Below are positions 8,089 to 20,448 of a stretch of DNA of 64,000 bases, in pieces (position 1 is the first letter of the stretch; each line of letters starts with the position of its first letter). The translations under genes were made by a program, and so were the position numbers. The stretch comes from an uncultured Muribaculaceae bacterium. Its GTDB lineage: Bacteria > Bacteroidota > Bacteroidia > Bacteroidales > UBA932. Below the pieces are notes generated by a model. It was not told the DNA's origin. It saw only the letters and a program-made list of their open reading frames with translations, and did no database searches. Location of the stretch: the NCBI GenBank assembly GCA_964450725.1, contig CAYVGO010000005.1:5416-69415 (forward strand), given 5' to 3'.

Positions 8089-10869
8089 TTAATGGTCAAT
8101 AGTGTAACATACTATTGATGGCTCTTGTGACGGAATAATGACTTGTAACTTCCCCTTTTGTAAAAGGTTTGTAACAGAAAGCGGAGCCGTACAATCTACA
8201 GGAAAGCCATCTACTTTATCTAATTGTCGATTCAAGACAATGGCTTGTGCCGATGATTGAGAATACAAGAGAAAGTAAGGCTGGTTTTTATAAACAAAAC
8301 ATTCTGGTAACCGGGTGACGGAAAAATCAAGTTTCTTTTCGGCTATAATCTTTAAGCGGGAATCTAAAATATAGACTTTGGTATTGTCATACAGTAAATA
8401 GTTGAGTTGATTTCCTTGAAAATAAGGAAGCATGTAGTGATTTTTACTTACCTCTACAGGATATTTCTCTACCGATACTTTTCCCGACAAATCACATTTC
8501 CATACCTCTCCTTCATTGGTAGAACCTACAAATAGATTGTTTTTATCATCAAACATGATGTGCTGAGATCTTAGCCCTAACCTGTCTGTTGCCACCTTTA
8601 ACCTTACTTCTCCTTTCCTGTTCATTAAGTATAAAAACGGTTCTGTTGTAAACTGAATATAATCCTTGTTGTTTTTAGTAAAGTAGCGAAGTTCGTTCGT
8701 ACTTGTTTTATCGGAAACCTGCGCTTTAAATCCGTCTAACTTTTTACCATACTTGTCTAATGCGTAAATATTGCCGTTATCTCCTGAGAGGAAATACCGG
8801 TATTCCCTGTTTTTGTTGTAATCAAAAACAGCCATTCCGTTTTGTGAGGTTGCCGGTAATGCTACAGGAAAAGGGGCTACTTTTGTTCCCAAACGGTCAA
8901 CCAAATGAATCTGTGAGAGGGTGCTGAATAAATATTGCTGCTTTCCGTTTTTCAAGAAGTCAACGGTGGTTACTTTACTTGTTATTTGCTCTTGCAGAGG
9001 ATATTTCCATAGTAGTTTTCCGTTATGGTCTAACAAAATGAGGTTGTTATTGATGTCCTGTAGCCAAATCTGGTAGTTCTGGGTATGGAAGTTTCTGACA
9101 ATTTGCGGCTGCGACTGTACCGGATACGACAACTCGGTACTCCATTGTCGATGAGTTTTACCTTGCTCTGCATTGTCATCTGTAACTATTTTCTGCTCTC
9201 CGGCAAGCTGCATCTCAATGTTACAGTACATTCGTTGCTCGCTGCTGTTACGAAGTTGCAGAACAACCGTACGGACATTCTTTAACCATGCAGATTCTGC
9301 AAGTTTCTGTTGAAAATCGGGAGTAAAAAAGGGTAAGCCTTTCCATTGTATTCCGGCGGGATTTAACGCAAATGTAATGGTTGACGGCAGACCAAAAACT
9401 TCGTCAACAGTCCATGTTGCAGGGCTTTGTAACAGTGTTTTCTTTCGGTAGGTATTTAAGATATAATCTTTTAAATCTTCTTTAGATGACGAGAAAACCC
9501 AGTAATCTCCAATAAAGACACAGTACTTTTCTTCGCAAAACTTGAAAGCCCTTCCTGCATTGTTGGAAAACAATCCCTCAAAAGGATTTTTATAGAAGGT
9601 TGTTTTTTCAAGATTCCGCATCTTTTCAGTCAATATAAATGTAGAAAGTTTGAGATTCTGCTGCTTGGCAAACCTTTCGACTTTTGTCATAAATTGCTGT
9701 TCTGTCTTCTGAGCACTATTGAGTTTGATGACCGTGAACCACTGGTCTGTAAACTTACTTTCTTCCATCGGCACAAAAACCGATGCCATACTTTCAATGT
9801 CAATAGAAGAGAGATAGGTATCTACCTCTTCTCCTAACTGTTCTGACAGTTTCTGGTTGAGTTGCGTAAACTTTTTCCCTGCAGCAGTCGTAGAGTTCCG
9901 CAGGGTTTTATTGCTATTCAGAATGTCATTATAATGTTTTATCTGTTGAATGAACAGTATTTTTGCCTGCTGTGGAATAGCCTTCAGTACATCGGTCGTT
10001 CTGTCGGGTTGACGTTTAAACACTTCTACCGTCGGTAAGCCTTTCTTCTTAGGATAGAGGAAGCCGGTTAAATAGACCGATTCGTTTTTGAATGTAATGT
10101 CTAAACTCAACCATGTACCCATTTCATTGATGTTTTTGGCACTTTCGATAAAGTCTTTATTGATATAAGGTGCAAACTGTTCTGAAAAGTACTCTACTCT
10201 AAAGAATAAATTACCGTCAACATTACTTCCTACCGCACTTTGTGCATTAATAAAGTCTTTATTGAAAATCAGGGTTGCCGATACTTTGGATTGACGAATG
10301 GCTTGCTCTATAACAATTCTTGACGTTGACAAAAGCAGAGTCTGGTGATACAGAATAGCATAAAATTCTGTTGTCTCTTTACGGATAAAAGCATGAATAA
10401 CCTCTCCGTCATAGGCTTCTTCTACGATTTTGTACTTTTGTTTTGACCAGAGAGTGCGTAAAGATTCTTTAAGGTCTGACGAACTGACATCCTGCGGTAT
10501 GTTGACTGCAAAAAGCGGCTTGAGGTCATTGCTGATAAGGGTAAAGGAGAGAATTAAAGATTGTTGAAAAGCATTACGTAAAATTTCATTCGGAGAAACG
10601 ATAGAATCAAAGATATACCGGACATTGCTCAACAAATCGGCATTACCCTTATCGCGTGTAAAAGCTTTTCCCATATCGGTACTTTCAATCGTACGTATCC
10701 ACTTTTCGACACTCGGAAGACGTAATACAATGGTCGCATCGTTAGGCACTAAATGCAAAGCATCTATAAAATGACGGCGTTCTTTTGATGTGAGAAAAAT
10801 AAAAACTACGGCAAAAAGAAAGGTGAACAGCAGTAAGTAAATCAGGATTCTTATGTTTTTGGTACTCAT
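8089..10869 (-). CDS. Conserved hypothetical N-terminally membrane-anchored protein with C-terminal 7-fold beta-propeller-like repeats
   Basis: TM helix IRILIYLLLFTFLFAVVFIFLT; seven xxLD/NxxGKxxxxFP-type repeats in the last ~350 aa. The track start 10887 is TTG; ATG 10869 (MSTKNIR) lies 26 nt downstream of a TACTTTTG box. Confidence 0.7.
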   Translation of the reverse strand: MSTKNIRILIYLLLFTFLFAVVFIFLTSKERRHFIDALHLVPNDATIVLRLPSVEKWIRTIESTDMGKAFTRDKGNADLLSNVRYIFDSIVSPNEILRNAFQQSLILSFTLISNDLKPLFAVNIPQDVSSSDLKESLRTLWSKQKYKIVEEAYDGEVIHAFIRKETTEFYAILYHQTLLLSTSRIVIEQAIRQSKVSATLIFNKDFINAQSAVGSNVDGNLFFRVEYFSEQFAPYINKDFIESAKNINEMGTWLSLDITFKNESVYLTGFLYPKKKGLPTVEVFKRQPDRTTDVLKAIPQQAKILFIQQIKHYNDILNSNKTLRNSTTAAGKKFTQLNQKLSEQLGEEVDTYLSSIDIESMASVFVPMEESKFTDQWFTVIKLNSAQKTEQQFMTKVERFAKQQNLKLSTFILTEKMRNLEKTTFYKNPFEGLFSNNAGRAFKFCEEKYCVFIGDYWVFSSSKEDLKDYILNTYRKKTLLQSPATWTVDEVFGLPSTITFALNPAGIQWKGLPFFTPDFQQKLAESAWLKNVRTVVLQLRNSSEQRMYCNIEMQLAGEQKIVTDDNAEQGKTHRQWSTELSYPVQSQPQIVRNFHTQNYQIWLQDINNNLILLDHNGKLLWKYPLQEQITSKVTTVDFLKNGKQQYLFSTLSQIHLVDRLGTKVAPFPVALPATSQNGMAVFDYNKNREYRYFLSGDNGNIYALDKYGKKLDGFKAQVSDKTSTNELRYFTKNNKDYIQFTTEPFLYLMNRKGEVRLKVATDRLGLRSQHIMFDDKNNLFVGSTNEGEVWKCDLSGKVSVEKYPVEVSKNHYMLPYFQGNQLNYLLYDNTKVYILDSRLKIIAEKKLDFSVTRLPECFVYKNQPYFLLYSQSSAQAIVLNRQLDKVDGFPVDCTAPLSVTNLLQKGKLQVIIPSQEPSIVCYTIDH

Positions 10870-10895
10870 TGCGAAAAGTATTGTCAAAAGTTTTA

Positions 10896-10903
10896 CAAAA
10901 GTA
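10896..10903 (-). promoter_or_regulatory. Candidate -7 box TACTTTTG for the 926-aa gene-tsaD unit
   Basis: Plus strand reads CAAAAGTA; matches TAnnTTTG on the minus strand. Confidence 0.45.
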
Positions 10904-11007
10904 ATGATTTTTATTGATTGTTCTGTCCTACTGTGCTTAGGTTGAAGTTATTGAGGCATATAAAACCGTTCTTCCGATTGATTAACAATATTGCATACAA
11001 TAAAAAT

Positions 11008-11036
11008 AAAGCGAGACTTTTTGTGAATCTCGCTTT
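11008..11036 (-). terminator. Rho-independent terminator downstream of rpoC (bidirectional shape)
   Basis: AAAGCGAGA-N11-TCTCGCTTT, 9-bp stem flanked by an A-run and a T-run. Confidence 0.7.
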
Positions 11037-11068
11037 ATTTTTACAAACATCTAAAAGTGATAAACCAT

Positions 11069-14000
11069 CTAAGTATTTTTCGCCTTATCTTTACTTGTCG
11101 CTGTTGGCATATTACCATTAGCATCTATTTCGCTTTGTGAACCTACGATAAGATTGTCAAAATCTCTCAATCCTGTTCCTGCTGGAATAAGATGACCACA
11201 AATAACATTTTCTTTTAATCCCGACAAATCATCTTGCTTACCTCTTATTGCTGCATCGTTCAATACTTTTGTGGTTTCTTGGAATGATGCTGCTGACATG
11301 AAACTACGAGTTTGTAACGCTGCACGAGTAATACCCAACAACATTTGCGAAGAAGTGGCAGGTACTGCATTACGTACTTCTAGCGGTTTTAAATCTTTAC
11401 GCTTTAACATTGAATTTTCGTCTCTCAATTTTCGAGCAGTAATCATTTGTCCTACTTTTATTGTCGTAGAATCTCCGCTATCTGTTACTATCTTTTTGTC
11501 ATAGATTTCATCGTTCTCTTTCATAAAGTCCCACTTGTCTGACAATTCTTTTTCCAAGAATCGTGTATCACCCGGATCCTCAATTTGTACTTTACGCATC
11601 ATCTGTCGTACAATTACTTCAAAGTGTTTGTCATTAATTTTCACACCTTGTAATCGGTAAACATCTTGTACTTCATTAACAATGTATTCCTGTACTTTTG
11701 TAGGACCTAAAATCGACAATATGTCATTTGGTGTTATGGCTCCGTCTGAAAGAGGTGTTCCGGCTCTAACAAAGTCATTTTCTTGCACTAATATCTGTTT
11801 GGTCAAAGGAACTAAATAGCGTTTTTCTTCTCCTGTTTTTGAATTAAGGATTATTTCTCTATTTCCACGTTTGATTTTACCCATTGTAATTTCACCGTCA
11901 ATTTCCGCTACAATAGCAGGATTACTTGGATTACGTGCTTCAAACAATTCGGTTACACGTGGTAAACCTCCTGTAATATCTCCCATTTTCCCTACTACAC
12001 GAGGTATTTTTACTAGGATTTGCCCTGCGAGAATACGACTTTTATCTTCTACAACAATGTGTGCTCCTACCGGCAAGTTATATTGTTTAAGTTCTTCACC
12101 ATCTTCGTCTGTAATCTTAATTAACGAGTTTTTTGACTTATCTCTTGATTCAATAACCACTTTTTCCTTGTGTCCTGTCTGGTCATCGGTTTCTTCTCTA
12201 TAAGTTACACCGTCGATTAAACTTTCAAATGCTACAATACCGCTTTGTTCTGCAACAATGACAGCATTATAAGGATCCCACTCACAAATCAAACTACCTT
12301 TGGTAACCTGTGAACCATTTTTAAAATATAAGAAAGAACCGTAAGGAACATTCTGAGTGTATAGCGTAACTCCGGTATTATTATCAACAATATGTAATTC
12401 GGCCATTCGACCAATCACAATATCTAAATTCTTATCACCTACTTTTTCTACAATTTTTAACTCATCAATTCGTAATTGTCCATCATAACGGGCCACAATT
12501 TTTGATGCAGCCATAGTACTAGAGGCCGTACCTCCGACGTGGAACGTTCTCAAAGTCAACTGTGTACCGGGTTCTCCAATAGATTGTGCTGCAATCACCC
12601 CAACTGCTTCTCCTCGCTGAACTTTTCTACCCGTTGCTAAATTTCTTCCATAACAGCGAGCACAAATACCTTTTTCCGTTTCGCATGTTAAAGCAGAACG
12701 TATTTCTACTTGTTCTATAGGAGACTCTTCTATAATTAGAGCAATATCTTCGGTAATTTCTGCTCCCGCCGAGACAATCAAATCTCCGGTCAACGGATGA
12801 TATATATCATTTAGAGAAGTACGTCCTAAAATCTTTTCATAAAGACTTACTACTACTTCGTCATTGTTCTTTATTGCCGTAGCAACAAGTCCTCGCAACG
12901 TTCCACAATCGTCTTCAGTAATGATTACATCTTGTGCTACGTCAACCAATCGTCTTGTCAAGTATCCAGCATCAGCAGTCTTTAATGCCGTATCAGCCAA
13001 ACCTTTTCGAGCTCCGTGTGTAGAAATAAAGTATTCTAAAACTGATAAGCCCTCTTTAAAATTGGATAATATTGGATTCTCAATAATTTGGGTAGTGTCG
13101 GCTCCCGATTTTTGAGGTTTTGCCATCAATCCTCTCATTCCCGACAACTGACGTATCTGTTCTTTTGAACCTCGAGCTCCCGAATCCAACATCATAAAAA
13201 CTGAGTTAAAACCTTGCCTGTCTGCCGACAATTGCTTCATTACAATTTGGGTTAACTTGGCATTAGTATGTGTCCAAATATCAATCACCTGATTAGAGCG
13301 CTCGTTATTGGTTATCAATCCTAAGTTATAATTGTTTTGTACTTCTTCTACTTGATTGTAGCCTTCTTGTACCAAATCTTTTTTCTCCGCAGGAATAATC
13401 ACATCATCTAAATTAAAAGACAATCCGCCTTTAAATGCCATCTTGTAACCCAATTCCTTAATGTTATCCAAAAACATTACCGTTGATGCTATTCCCGAAC
13501 GTTTAATCACCAAACCGATAATATCCCTTAAACTACGTTTAGTTAACAATTCATTAATAAAACCTACTTCTTTGGGAACACATTGATTAAAAATAATACG
13601 CCCTACAGAGGTAGATATAATCTTCGTTTTTAATTCTCCTTGTTCATAGACAATAGTACGTATTTTTACTTTTGCATGTAATCCGGCTTTCTTTTCATGG
13701 TAAGCAATCAAGGCTTCTTCCGTAGAATAAAAAGTTAATCCTTCTCCTTTGATGCCATCACATTCTTTGGTAATATAATATAGTCCTAACACCATGTCTT
13801 GTGAAGGGACAGTGATTGGTGCACCATTGGCAGGGTTTAAAATGTTATGAGAACCAAGCATCAATATCTGTGCCTCCAAAACTGCAGCATTACTTAATGG
13901 TAAATGCACTGCCATCTGGTCTCCATCAAAGTCTGCATTAAACGCTGTACAAGAAAGTGGGTGCAACTGTATTGCTTTTCCCTCTATCAATCGAGGCTGA

Positions 14001-15340
14001 AATGCTTGAATACTTAATCGGTGTAACGTTGGAGCACGGTTTAATAAAACCGGATGACCTTTCATTACATTTTCTAAAATATCAAAAATAACAGGGTCTT
14101 TTCTATCTACAATTTTTTTTGCCGTTTTAACAGTCTTAACAATACCTCTATCTATCAGTTTTCTGATAATAAACGGTTTATAAAGCTCTGCCGCCATATC
14201 TTTGGGAAGCCCGCATTCGTGCATCTTCAATTCCGGACCAACAACAATTACTGAACGTGCAGAATAGTCTGTACGTTTTCCTAATAAGTTTTGACGAAAA
14301 CGACCTTGTTTTCCCTTTAAACTGTCACTTAATGATTTTAAAACACGATTAGACTCTGTTTTAACAGCCGTAACTTTATGAGAATTATCCAACAAAGAAT
14401 CTACGGCTTCTTGTAACATGCGTTTTTCATTACGCAAAATAACCTCAGGAGCTTTAATTTCAATAAGTCGTTTTAATCGATTATTTCTAATAATGACACG
14501 TCTGTACAAATCATTCAAATCTGACGTAGCAAAGCGTCCTCCATCCAAGGGTACTAAAGGTCGCAATTCCGGTGGAATAACCGGTAAAATCTTTAAAATC
14601 ATCCATGACGGGTGATTTAAATCTTTTGACTCTCGAAAAGCTTCAATAACTTGTAACCGTTTTAAAGCATCGGCTTTACGTTGCTGCGATGTTTCTCTAC
14701 TGGCTTTATCTCGCAAAGAATAAGACAATTCGTCTAAATTCAAGTTTTGTAACAATGTCAATAATACCTCAGCCCCCATTCCAACAATAAATTTGTTGGG
14801 GTCACTATCTGGCAATAAGTGATTTTCTTTGGGTAAGTATTCCAAAATTTGCAAATACTCTTCTTCCGTTAAAAGATCTAATGCCTGCACTCCTTTAGAT
14901 TCTACAATTCCAGGTTGTACTACCAAATAACGTTCATAGTAAACAACAGAATCTAATTTTTTGGTAGAAAGTCCCAATAAATATCCCAATTTGTTGGGTA
15001 GTGATCGAAAATACCAAATATGAGCAATAGGAACAACCAAATTGATATGTCCCATACGTTCACGTCTTACTTTTTTCTCCGTTACCTCAACTCCACAGCG
15101 GTCACAAACAACACCTTTATAACGTATCCTTTTATACTTTCCGCAATGACATTCATAGTCCTTTACCGGACCAAATATTTTCTCACAAAACAACCCGTCA
15201 CGTTCAGGTTTATAGTTTCTATAATTGATTGTTTCGGGTTTTACTACTTCTCCACTCGACATTTCCAAAATATGTTCTGGAGAAGCAAGACTTATTGTAA
15301 TACTGTTAAAAGAATTTTTAACTTTTGTATTTTTTTTCAT
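11069..15340 (-). CDS. rpoC: DNA-directed RNA polymerase subunit beta'
   Basis: 1423 aa; NADFDGDQM catalytic motif; Zn-finger CHCGKY...CDRCGVEV. Confidence 0.98.
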   Translation of the reverse strand: MKKNTKVKNSFNSITISLASPEHILEMSSGEVVKPETINYRNYKPERDGLFCEKIFGPVKDYECHCGKYKRIRYKGVVCDRCGVEVTEKKVRRERMGHINLVVPIAHIWYFRSLPNKLGYLLGLSTKKLDSVVYYERYLVVQPGIVESKGVQALDLLTEEEYLQILEYLPKENHLLPDSDPNKFIVGMGAEVLLTLLQNLNLDELSYSLRDKASRETSQQRKADALKRLQVIEAFRESKDLNHPSWMILKILPVIPPELRPLVPLDGGRFATSDLNDLYRRVIIRNNRLKRLIEIKAPEVILRNEKRMLQEAVDSLLDNSHKVTAVKTESNRVLKSLSDSLKGKQGRFRQNLLGKRTDYSARSVIVVGPELKMHECGLPKDMAAELYKPFIIRKLIDRGIVKTVKTAKKIVDRKDPVIFDILENVMKGHPVLLNRAPTLHRLSIQAFQPRLIEGKAIQLHPLSCTAFNADFDGDQMAVHLPLSNAAVLEAQILMLGSHNILNPANGAPITVPSQDMVLGLYYITKECDGIKGEGLTFYSTEEALIAYHEKKAGLHAKVKIRTIVYEQGELKTKIISTSVGRIIFNQCVPKEVGFINELLTKRSLRDIIGLVIKRSGIASTVMFLDNIKELGYKMAFKGGLSFNLDDVIIPAEKKDLVQEGYNQVEEVQNNYNLGLITNNERSNQVIDIWTHTNAKLTQIVMKQLSADRQGFNSVFMMLDSGARGSKEQIRQLSGMRGLMAKPQKSGADTTQIIENPILSNFKEGLSVLEYFISTHGARKGLADTALKTADAGYLTRRLVDVAQDVIITEDDCGTLRGLVATAIKNNDEVVVSLYEKILGRTSLNDIYHPLTGDLIVSAGAEITEDIALIIEESPIEQVEIRSALTCETEKGICARCYGRNLATGRKVQRGEAVGVIAAQSIGEPGTQLTLRTFHVGGTASSTMAASKIVARYDGQLRIDELKIVEKVGDKNLDIVIGRMAELHIVDNNTGVTLYTQNVPYGSFLYFKNGSQVTKGSLICEWDPYNAVIVAEQSGIVAFESLIDGVTYREETDDQTGHKEKVVIESRDKSKNSLIKITDEDGEELKQYNLPVGAHIVVEDKSRILAGQILVKIPRVVGKMGDITGGLPRVTELFEARNPSNPAIVAEIDGEITMGKIKRGNREIILNSKTGEEKRYLVPLTKQILVQENDFVRAGTPLSDGAITPNDILSILGPTKVQEYIVNEVQDVYRLQGVKINDKHFEVIVRQMMRKVQIEDPGDTRFLEKELSDKWDFMKENDEIYDKKIVTDSGDSTTIKVGQMITARKLRDENSMLKRKDLKPLEVRNAVPATSSQMLLGITRAALQTRSFMSAASFQETTKVLNDAAIRGKQDDLSGLKENVICGHLIPAGTGLRDFDNLIVGSQSEIDANGNMPTATSKDKAKNT

Positions 15341-15508
15341 ACGTAAATAATTGTTGATTAAGGTCGTATAAAACTCGTCTATCGAATATTTTCATTCTCT
15401 TCGATATCAATAAAACACATATGCTTTATACGTAATAGTTTAAATATAAACCAAGAACTATGAATGAAGACATGTATTCTTTTCTATTCATAGTTCTTAA
15501 TCCTTTTC

Positions 15509-18500
15509 TTAACTTAAAGTTACATTCAATGCCAAACCTCGTAATTCATGCAGCAATACATTGAGTGACTCCGGGATTCCGGGAACAGGCATAGGATCGC
15601 CTTTTACGATAGCCTCGTAAGTCTTGGCTCGACCAAAAACATCATCTGATTTCACCGTCAATATTTCTTGTAAAATATTTGCTGCACCAAAAGCTTCCAA
15701 AGCCCAAACCTCCATTTCTCCAAAACGCTGTCCTCCAAATTGAGCTTTACCACCTAAAGGTTGCTGAGTAATTAATGAATAAGGACCTATTGAACGAGAG
15801 TGCATTTTATCATCTACCATGTGTCCTAATTTCAACATATAAATTACTCCGACTGTTGCCGGTTGGTCAAAACGTTCTCCTGTACCTCCGTCATACAAGT
15901 GTGTTTTTCCATAACGGGGTACACCTGCTTTTTCTGTATGATGAGTAATATCTTCTAATGTAGCACCATCAAAAATTGGAGTAGCAAAGGTCATTCCTAA
16001 TTTTTGACCAGCCCATCCTAAAACAGTTTCATAGATTTGCCCCAAGTTCATACGAGAAGGTACACCTAAAGGATTTAAAACAATATCTACGATTGTTCCA
16101 TCTTCCAAAAATGGCATATCTGCATCTCTTACAATTTTAGCAACAATACCTTTATTACCGTGACGACCTGCCATTTTATCTCCCACCATAATTTTACGCT
16201 TTTTAGCGACATAAACTTTCGCCATTTGCATAATTCCGGAAGGTAATTCATCTCCGATGGTCATATTATATTCTGCACGCTTTTCTTCAGCTTCTACTTC
16301 TTTATATTTAAGAATATAATTATTAATAGTATATTTTACTAAATCATTAATACGAGTATCATCAGTCCAATTGGTTGCAGTAACATCAAGATAATTAATA
16401 TCTTGTAACACCTTCGTCGTAAATTTACCACCCTTTGCCAACAATTCAACTCCAAAATAATCTGTAACACGAGCTGAAGTCTTACCCTGTAAAATCGTTT
16501 GTAACTTTTCAACTAATGTTTTTTTCAATTTATCTTTCTTGTCATTAAATTCATCTGTCAGTTTTTGTAGTTGAATTTTTTCCTGTCCTTTGTTTTTCTT
16601 ATAATCTTTACGGGCAATAACACGTGAAAATAACTTGGTATCAACAATAGTACCATATAATGATGGTGATGCTTTTAGCGATGCATCTTTTACATCTCCG
16701 GCTTTATCTCCAAAAATTGCACGTAGCAACTTTTCTTCCGGAGAAGCATCACTTTCGCCTTTGGGTGTAATTTTACCAATTAAAATATCTCCGGGTTTGA
16801 TTTCTGCTCCAACTCTGACAACACCGTTTTCGTCTAAATCCTTAGTTGCTTCCTCACTTACATTAGGAATATCAGAAGTTAACTCTTCCATACCTCTTTT
16901 TGTATCACGAACCTCCATAATATATTCGTCAATACGTATTGAAGTAAATACATCTTCTCTTACTAACCTTTCCGATAGCACTATAGCATCTTCAAAGTTA
17001 TATCCTTTCCATGGCATAAAAGCCACCTTCAAGTTTCTTCCAAGAGCCAATTCTCCGTTCTGAGTAGAATAACCTTCCGTCATCAAATCTCCGGCATGTA
17101 CTTTGTCTCCTTTTTTCACCATTGGAACTAAGTTGATACAAGTACTTTGATTGGTTTTTTGATATTTTGGCAATTTATGTACTGTAACTTCAGAGTCAAA
17201 ACTTACTAATTTCTCATCTTCCGTCATATCATACTTGACATGTATTTCGCGTGCATCAGCATAAACAACCTCTCCATTACGTAATGCCGTAATATGAATA
17301 CGACTGTCTTTTGTCAATTCTCGTTCAACTCCTGTTCCCACGATTGGAGCTTCCGGACGAATAAGAGGTACTGCTTGGCGCATCATGTTTGCTCCCATCA
17401 AAGCTCGGTTAGCATCATCGTGTTCCAAGAATGGAATAAGCGAAGCCGCTATAGAAGCAATTTGATTAGGTGCAACGTCCATCAAATCAATTTGAGAAGG
17501 TTCATTGACCGGATAATCTCCTTCATAACGACATTTAACGCGACTCTCTACAAAAGAACCATCGTCCGTCAACTTTGCATTCGCTTGAGCAATAGTCATA
17601 CCGTCTTCTTCTTCTGCACTCAAATAAACTAATCCTTTATTTGACAAATCAACCTTACTGCTTTTAATTTTTCGATAAGGAGTTTCAATAAAACCAAGTT
17701 GATTTATTCGCGCATAAACACATAGAGAGGATATTAATCCGATATTCGGACCTTCAGGTGTTTCTATAGGACAAAGACGACCATAATGCGTATAGTGTAC
17801 GTCTCTCACCTCAAAACCCGCTCTATCTCTGGAAAGTCCTCCGGGTCCCAGAGCAGACAATCTACGTTTATGGGTCATTTCCGCCAAAGGATTGGTTTGA
17901 TCCATAAACTGAGACAATTGATTTGTCCCAAAAAATGTATTAATGACAGAAGAGAGTGTTTTGGCATTAATCAAATCTGTAGGAGCAAATACTTCATTAT
18001 CTCTTACATTCATCCGTTCTCTAATCGTACGCGCCATACGTGCCAAACCTACACTAAATTGACCGGCCAATTGTTCTCCAACCGTACGAACACGGCGATT
18101 ACTAAGATGGTCAATATCATCAACTTCCGCTTTTTGATTGATGAGTTGAATCAAGTATTTAATAATCCCAATGATATCATCTCGGGTAAGTACCCTTACA
18201 TCGGGTGAAATTTCATGTTTTAATTTTTTATTAATTCTGAAACGACCTACATCTCCTAAATCATAGCGTTTTTCAGAAAAAAACAATTTATCTATCACAT
18301 CACGTGCCGTTGCTTCATCCGGTGGTTCGGCACTGCGTAATTGACGATAAATATATAAAACAGCTTCTTGTTCAGAATTACAAGGATCTTTACGTAAAGT
18401 ATTTAAAACTATAGAATTTTCAGACGATGTTACTGAGTCTTTATGTAGAAGTATAGATTCGATTTCCGCATCTAAAATCATATCAATATGATGTTCTTCA

Positions 18501-19330
18501 AGTACGGTTTCACGATCCAATATAATTTCATTACGTTCTATTGCCACAACTTCTCCGGTATCTTCGTCCACAAAATCTTCTACCCAAGATTTTAAAACTC
18601 TGGCGGCTAAACGTTTACCTACTGATTCTTCTAAAATTTTACGAGATACTTTGACTTCTAAAGCCAAGTCAAAAATTTCTAATATCTCTTTGTCACTTTT
18701 ATAACCAATTACCCGTAACAAAGTAGTTACAGGTAATTTCTTTTTTCTATCAATATAAGCATACATAACATTGCTTATATCTGTAGCAAATTCTATCCAC
18801 GAACCTTTAAAAGGAATGATTCGTGCTGAATAAAGTTTTGTGCCGTTAGCATGAACACTTTGACCAAAAAATACACCGGGAGAACGGTGTAACTGAGATA
18901 CAACAACCCGCTCTGCGCCATTGATAACAAAGGTTCCGCGAGGTGTCATGTAAGGTATAGGACCTAAAAAAACATCTTGTACCAATGTTTCAAAATCTTC
19001 ATGTTCAACATCAGTACAATATAATTTAAGTTTTGCTTTTAATGGAACGCTATAGGTTAAACCACGTTCCAAACATTCCTCTATCGTATATCGAGGAGGA
19101 TCTATAAAATAATCAAGAAATTCTAATACAAAGTTATTTCGAGTATCAGAGATAGGAAAATTTTCCTGAAAAACCTTAAATAATCCTTCATTTTTTCTAT
19201 TTTCAGGAGTAGTGTCTAATTGAAAAAAATCGTGAAATGATTTAAGTTGAACTTCCAAGAAATCGGGATGTAGTGATTTTCCAGGTATGGAAGAAAAGGT
19301 TTTACGGTCTATTGACTGACTTTGGAGCAT
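15509..19330 (-). CDS. rpoB: DNA-directed RNA polymerase subunit beta
   Basis: 1273 aa; conserved blocks such as GRHGNKG and [11 protein letters not shown]. Confidence 0.98.
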   Translation of the reverse strand: MLQSQSIDRKTFSSIPGKSLHPDFLEVQLKSFHDFFQLDTTPENRKNEGLFKVFQENFPISDTRNNFVLEFLDYFIDPPRYTIEECLERGLTYSVPLKAKLKLYCTDVEHEDFETLVQDVFLGPIPYMTPRGTFVINGAERVVVSQLHRSPGVFFGQSVHANGTKLYSARIIPFKGSWIEFATDISNVMYAYIDRKKKLPVTTLLRVIGYKSDKEILEIFDLALEVKVSRKILEESVGKRLAARVLKSWVEDFVDEDTGEVVAIERNEIILDRETVLEEHHIDMILDAEIESILLHKDSVTSSENSIVLNTLRKDPCNSEQEAVLYIYRQLRSAEPPDEATARDVIDKLFFSEKRYDLGDVGRFRINKKLKHEISPDVRVLTRDDIIGIIKYLIQLINQKAEVDDIDHLSNRRVRTVGEQLAGQFSVGLARMARTIRERMNVRDNEVFAPTDLINAKTLSSVINTFFGTNQLSQFMDQTNPLAEMTHKRRLSALGPGGLSRDRAGFEVRDVHYTHYGRLCPIETPEGPNIGLISSLCVYARINQLGFIETPYRKIKSSKVDLSNKGLVYLSAEEEDGMTIAQANAKLTDDGSFVESRVKCRYEGDYPVNEPSQIDLMDVAPNQIASIAASLIPFLEHDDANRALMGANMMRQAVPLIRPEAPIVGTGVERELTKDSRIHITALRNGEVVYADAREIHVKYDMTEDEKLVSFDSEVTVHKLPKYQKTNQSTCINLVPMVKKGDKVHAGDLMTEGYSTQNGELALGRNLKVAFMPWKGYNFEDAIVLSERLVREDVFTSIRIDEYIMEVRDTKRGMEELTSDIPNVSEEATKDLDENGVVRVGAEIKPGDILIGKITPKGESDASPEEKLLRAIFGDKAGDVKDASLKASPSLYGTIVDTKLFSRVIARKDYKKNKGQEKIQLQKLTDEFNDKKDKLKKTLVEKLQTILQGKTSARVTDYFGVELLAKGGKFTTKVLQDINYLDVTATNWTDDTRINDLVKYTINNYILKYKEVEAEEKRAEYNMTIGDELPSGIMQMAKVYVAKKRKIMVGDKMAGRHGNKGIVAKIVRDADMPFLEDGTIVDIVLNPLGVPSRMNLGQIYETVLGWAGQKLGMTFATPIFDGATLEDITHHTEKAGVPRYGKTHLYDGGTGERFDQPATVGVIYMLKLGHMVDDKMHSRSIGPYSLITQQPLGGKAQFGGQRFGEMEVWALEAFGAANILQEILTVKSDDVFGRAKTYEAIVKGDPMPVPGIPESLNVLLHELRGLALNVTLS

Positions 19331-19374
19331 ACTACGCTAAAATTTTAGATATAAAACAAGAAAACACAGAAAAC

Positions 19375-19404
19375 AAACTTGGAAGTACAAAAACTCCCAA
19401 GTTT
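19375..19404 (-). terminator. Hairpin plus U-rich tail between rplL and rpoB (candidate attenuator)
   Basis: Minus strand reads AAACTTGGgag-N8-ttCCAAGTTT followed by GTTTTCTGTGTTTTCTTGTTTT. Confidence 0.55.
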
Positions 19405-19425
19405 GATACAAAATCTAAACCTATC

Positions 19426-19809
19426 TTATTTCACTTCTACGGTAGCACCTGCTTCTTCTAATTGTTTTTTAATACCTTCTGCTTCTACTTTTGAAACTTT
19501 TTCTTTCAAAGGTTTTGGTGCTGCATCTACTAAATCTTTAGCTTCTTTCAAGCCAAGGCCTGTAATATCTTTTACAACTTTTACAACATTAAGTTTACTT
19601 GCACCTGCAGATGTAAGAATTACATCAAATTCAGTTTGCTCTGCTGCTGCCGCTGCTGCACCACCACCGGCTCCCGGTGCTGCTGCCACTGCTACCGCAG
19701 CTGCTGCTGGTTCAATACCATATTCTTCTTTTAAGATTTTTCCTAATTCTACCGCTTCTTTTACAGTTAAATTCACTAATTCTTCTGCTAATTTTTTTAC
19801 ATCAGCCAT
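19426..19809 (-). CDS. rplL: 50S ribosomal protein L7/L12
   Basis: 127 aa; Ala/Gly hinge; C-terminal [11 protein letters not shown]. Confidence 0.97.
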   Translation of the reverse strand: MADVKKLAEELVNLTVKEAVELGKILKEEYGIEPAAAAVAVAAAPGAGGGAAAAAAEQTEFDVILTSAGASKLNVVKVVKDITGLGLKEAKDLVDAAPKPLKEKVSKVEAEGIKKQLEEAGATVEVK

Positions 19810-19896
19810 TGTATTCTATTTTTAAAGTAAAACAAATTTAATTATTTTCACTACATCTTATGGTTTAGTGTGTAGTCAACTATCGTAATTACAAAA

Positions 19897-20421
19897 TTAT
19901 GAAGCACGCTCTTCCAATGTTTTAACAATACCGGCTATCTTTCCGCCACCACCACTTTGTAGTGCCGAAATAATATTTCGTGCAGGTGATTGTAACATCG
20001 CAATGATATCGCCTATTAATTCCTCGCGTGTCTTCAAGTTTACTAATGAATCCAAACTTTCCTTACCAATATAAATACACTCTTGAACATAAGCTGATTT
20101 TAATTGGGGTTTGGGTGAAACTTTACTGAATTCTTTGATGAGTTTAGCCGGTGCATTTACAACATCACTAAATAATACGGCTGTTGTACCTGTCAGAGTT
20201 GAAACTAACTCTTCTTGTGCCAGTCCAATACGCTCTAAAGCAATACGTAATAATGTATTTTTAACAATAACCATACGTACATTACTTTGAAAACAAAGAC
20301 GACGTAAATCTGCTGTTTTTTGCGCATTTAGACCTTCTGCATCCGTAATATAAAAATTAGGTTGTGCTTCAATATAACCAACTAATCTATCAATAATAAT
20401 GCCTTTTTCTTCTTTTGTCAT
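19897..20421 (-). CDS. rplJ: 50S ribosomal protein L10
   Basis: 174 aa; position between rplA and rplL; L10-like sequence. Confidence 0.95.
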   Translation of the reverse strand: MTKEEKGIIIDRLVGYIEAQPNFYITDAEGLNAQKTADLRRLCFQSNVRMVIVKNTLLRIALERIGLAQEELVSTLTGTTAVLFSDVVNAPAKLIKEFSKVSPKPQLKSAYVQECIYIGKESLDSLVNLKTREELIGDIIAMLQSPARNIISALQSGGGGKIAGIVKTLEERAS

Positions 20422-20448
20422 AATCGTTGAGTTTTGAATATTAGTTGA

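Noticed and set aside
16635-18208. Several 110-142-aa plus-strand ORFs
   Set aside because: All lie antisense within rpoB. Similar antisense ORFs lie inside rpoC, the susC-like gene, the DUF1573 gene and the HTCS gene (for example 45213-45614, 56132-56560, 42872-43249). All are treated as spurious.
19379-19825. 148-aa plus-strand ORF with an Ala-rich run
   Set aside because: It is the antisense reading of the rplL Ala/Gly hinge and has no independent support.
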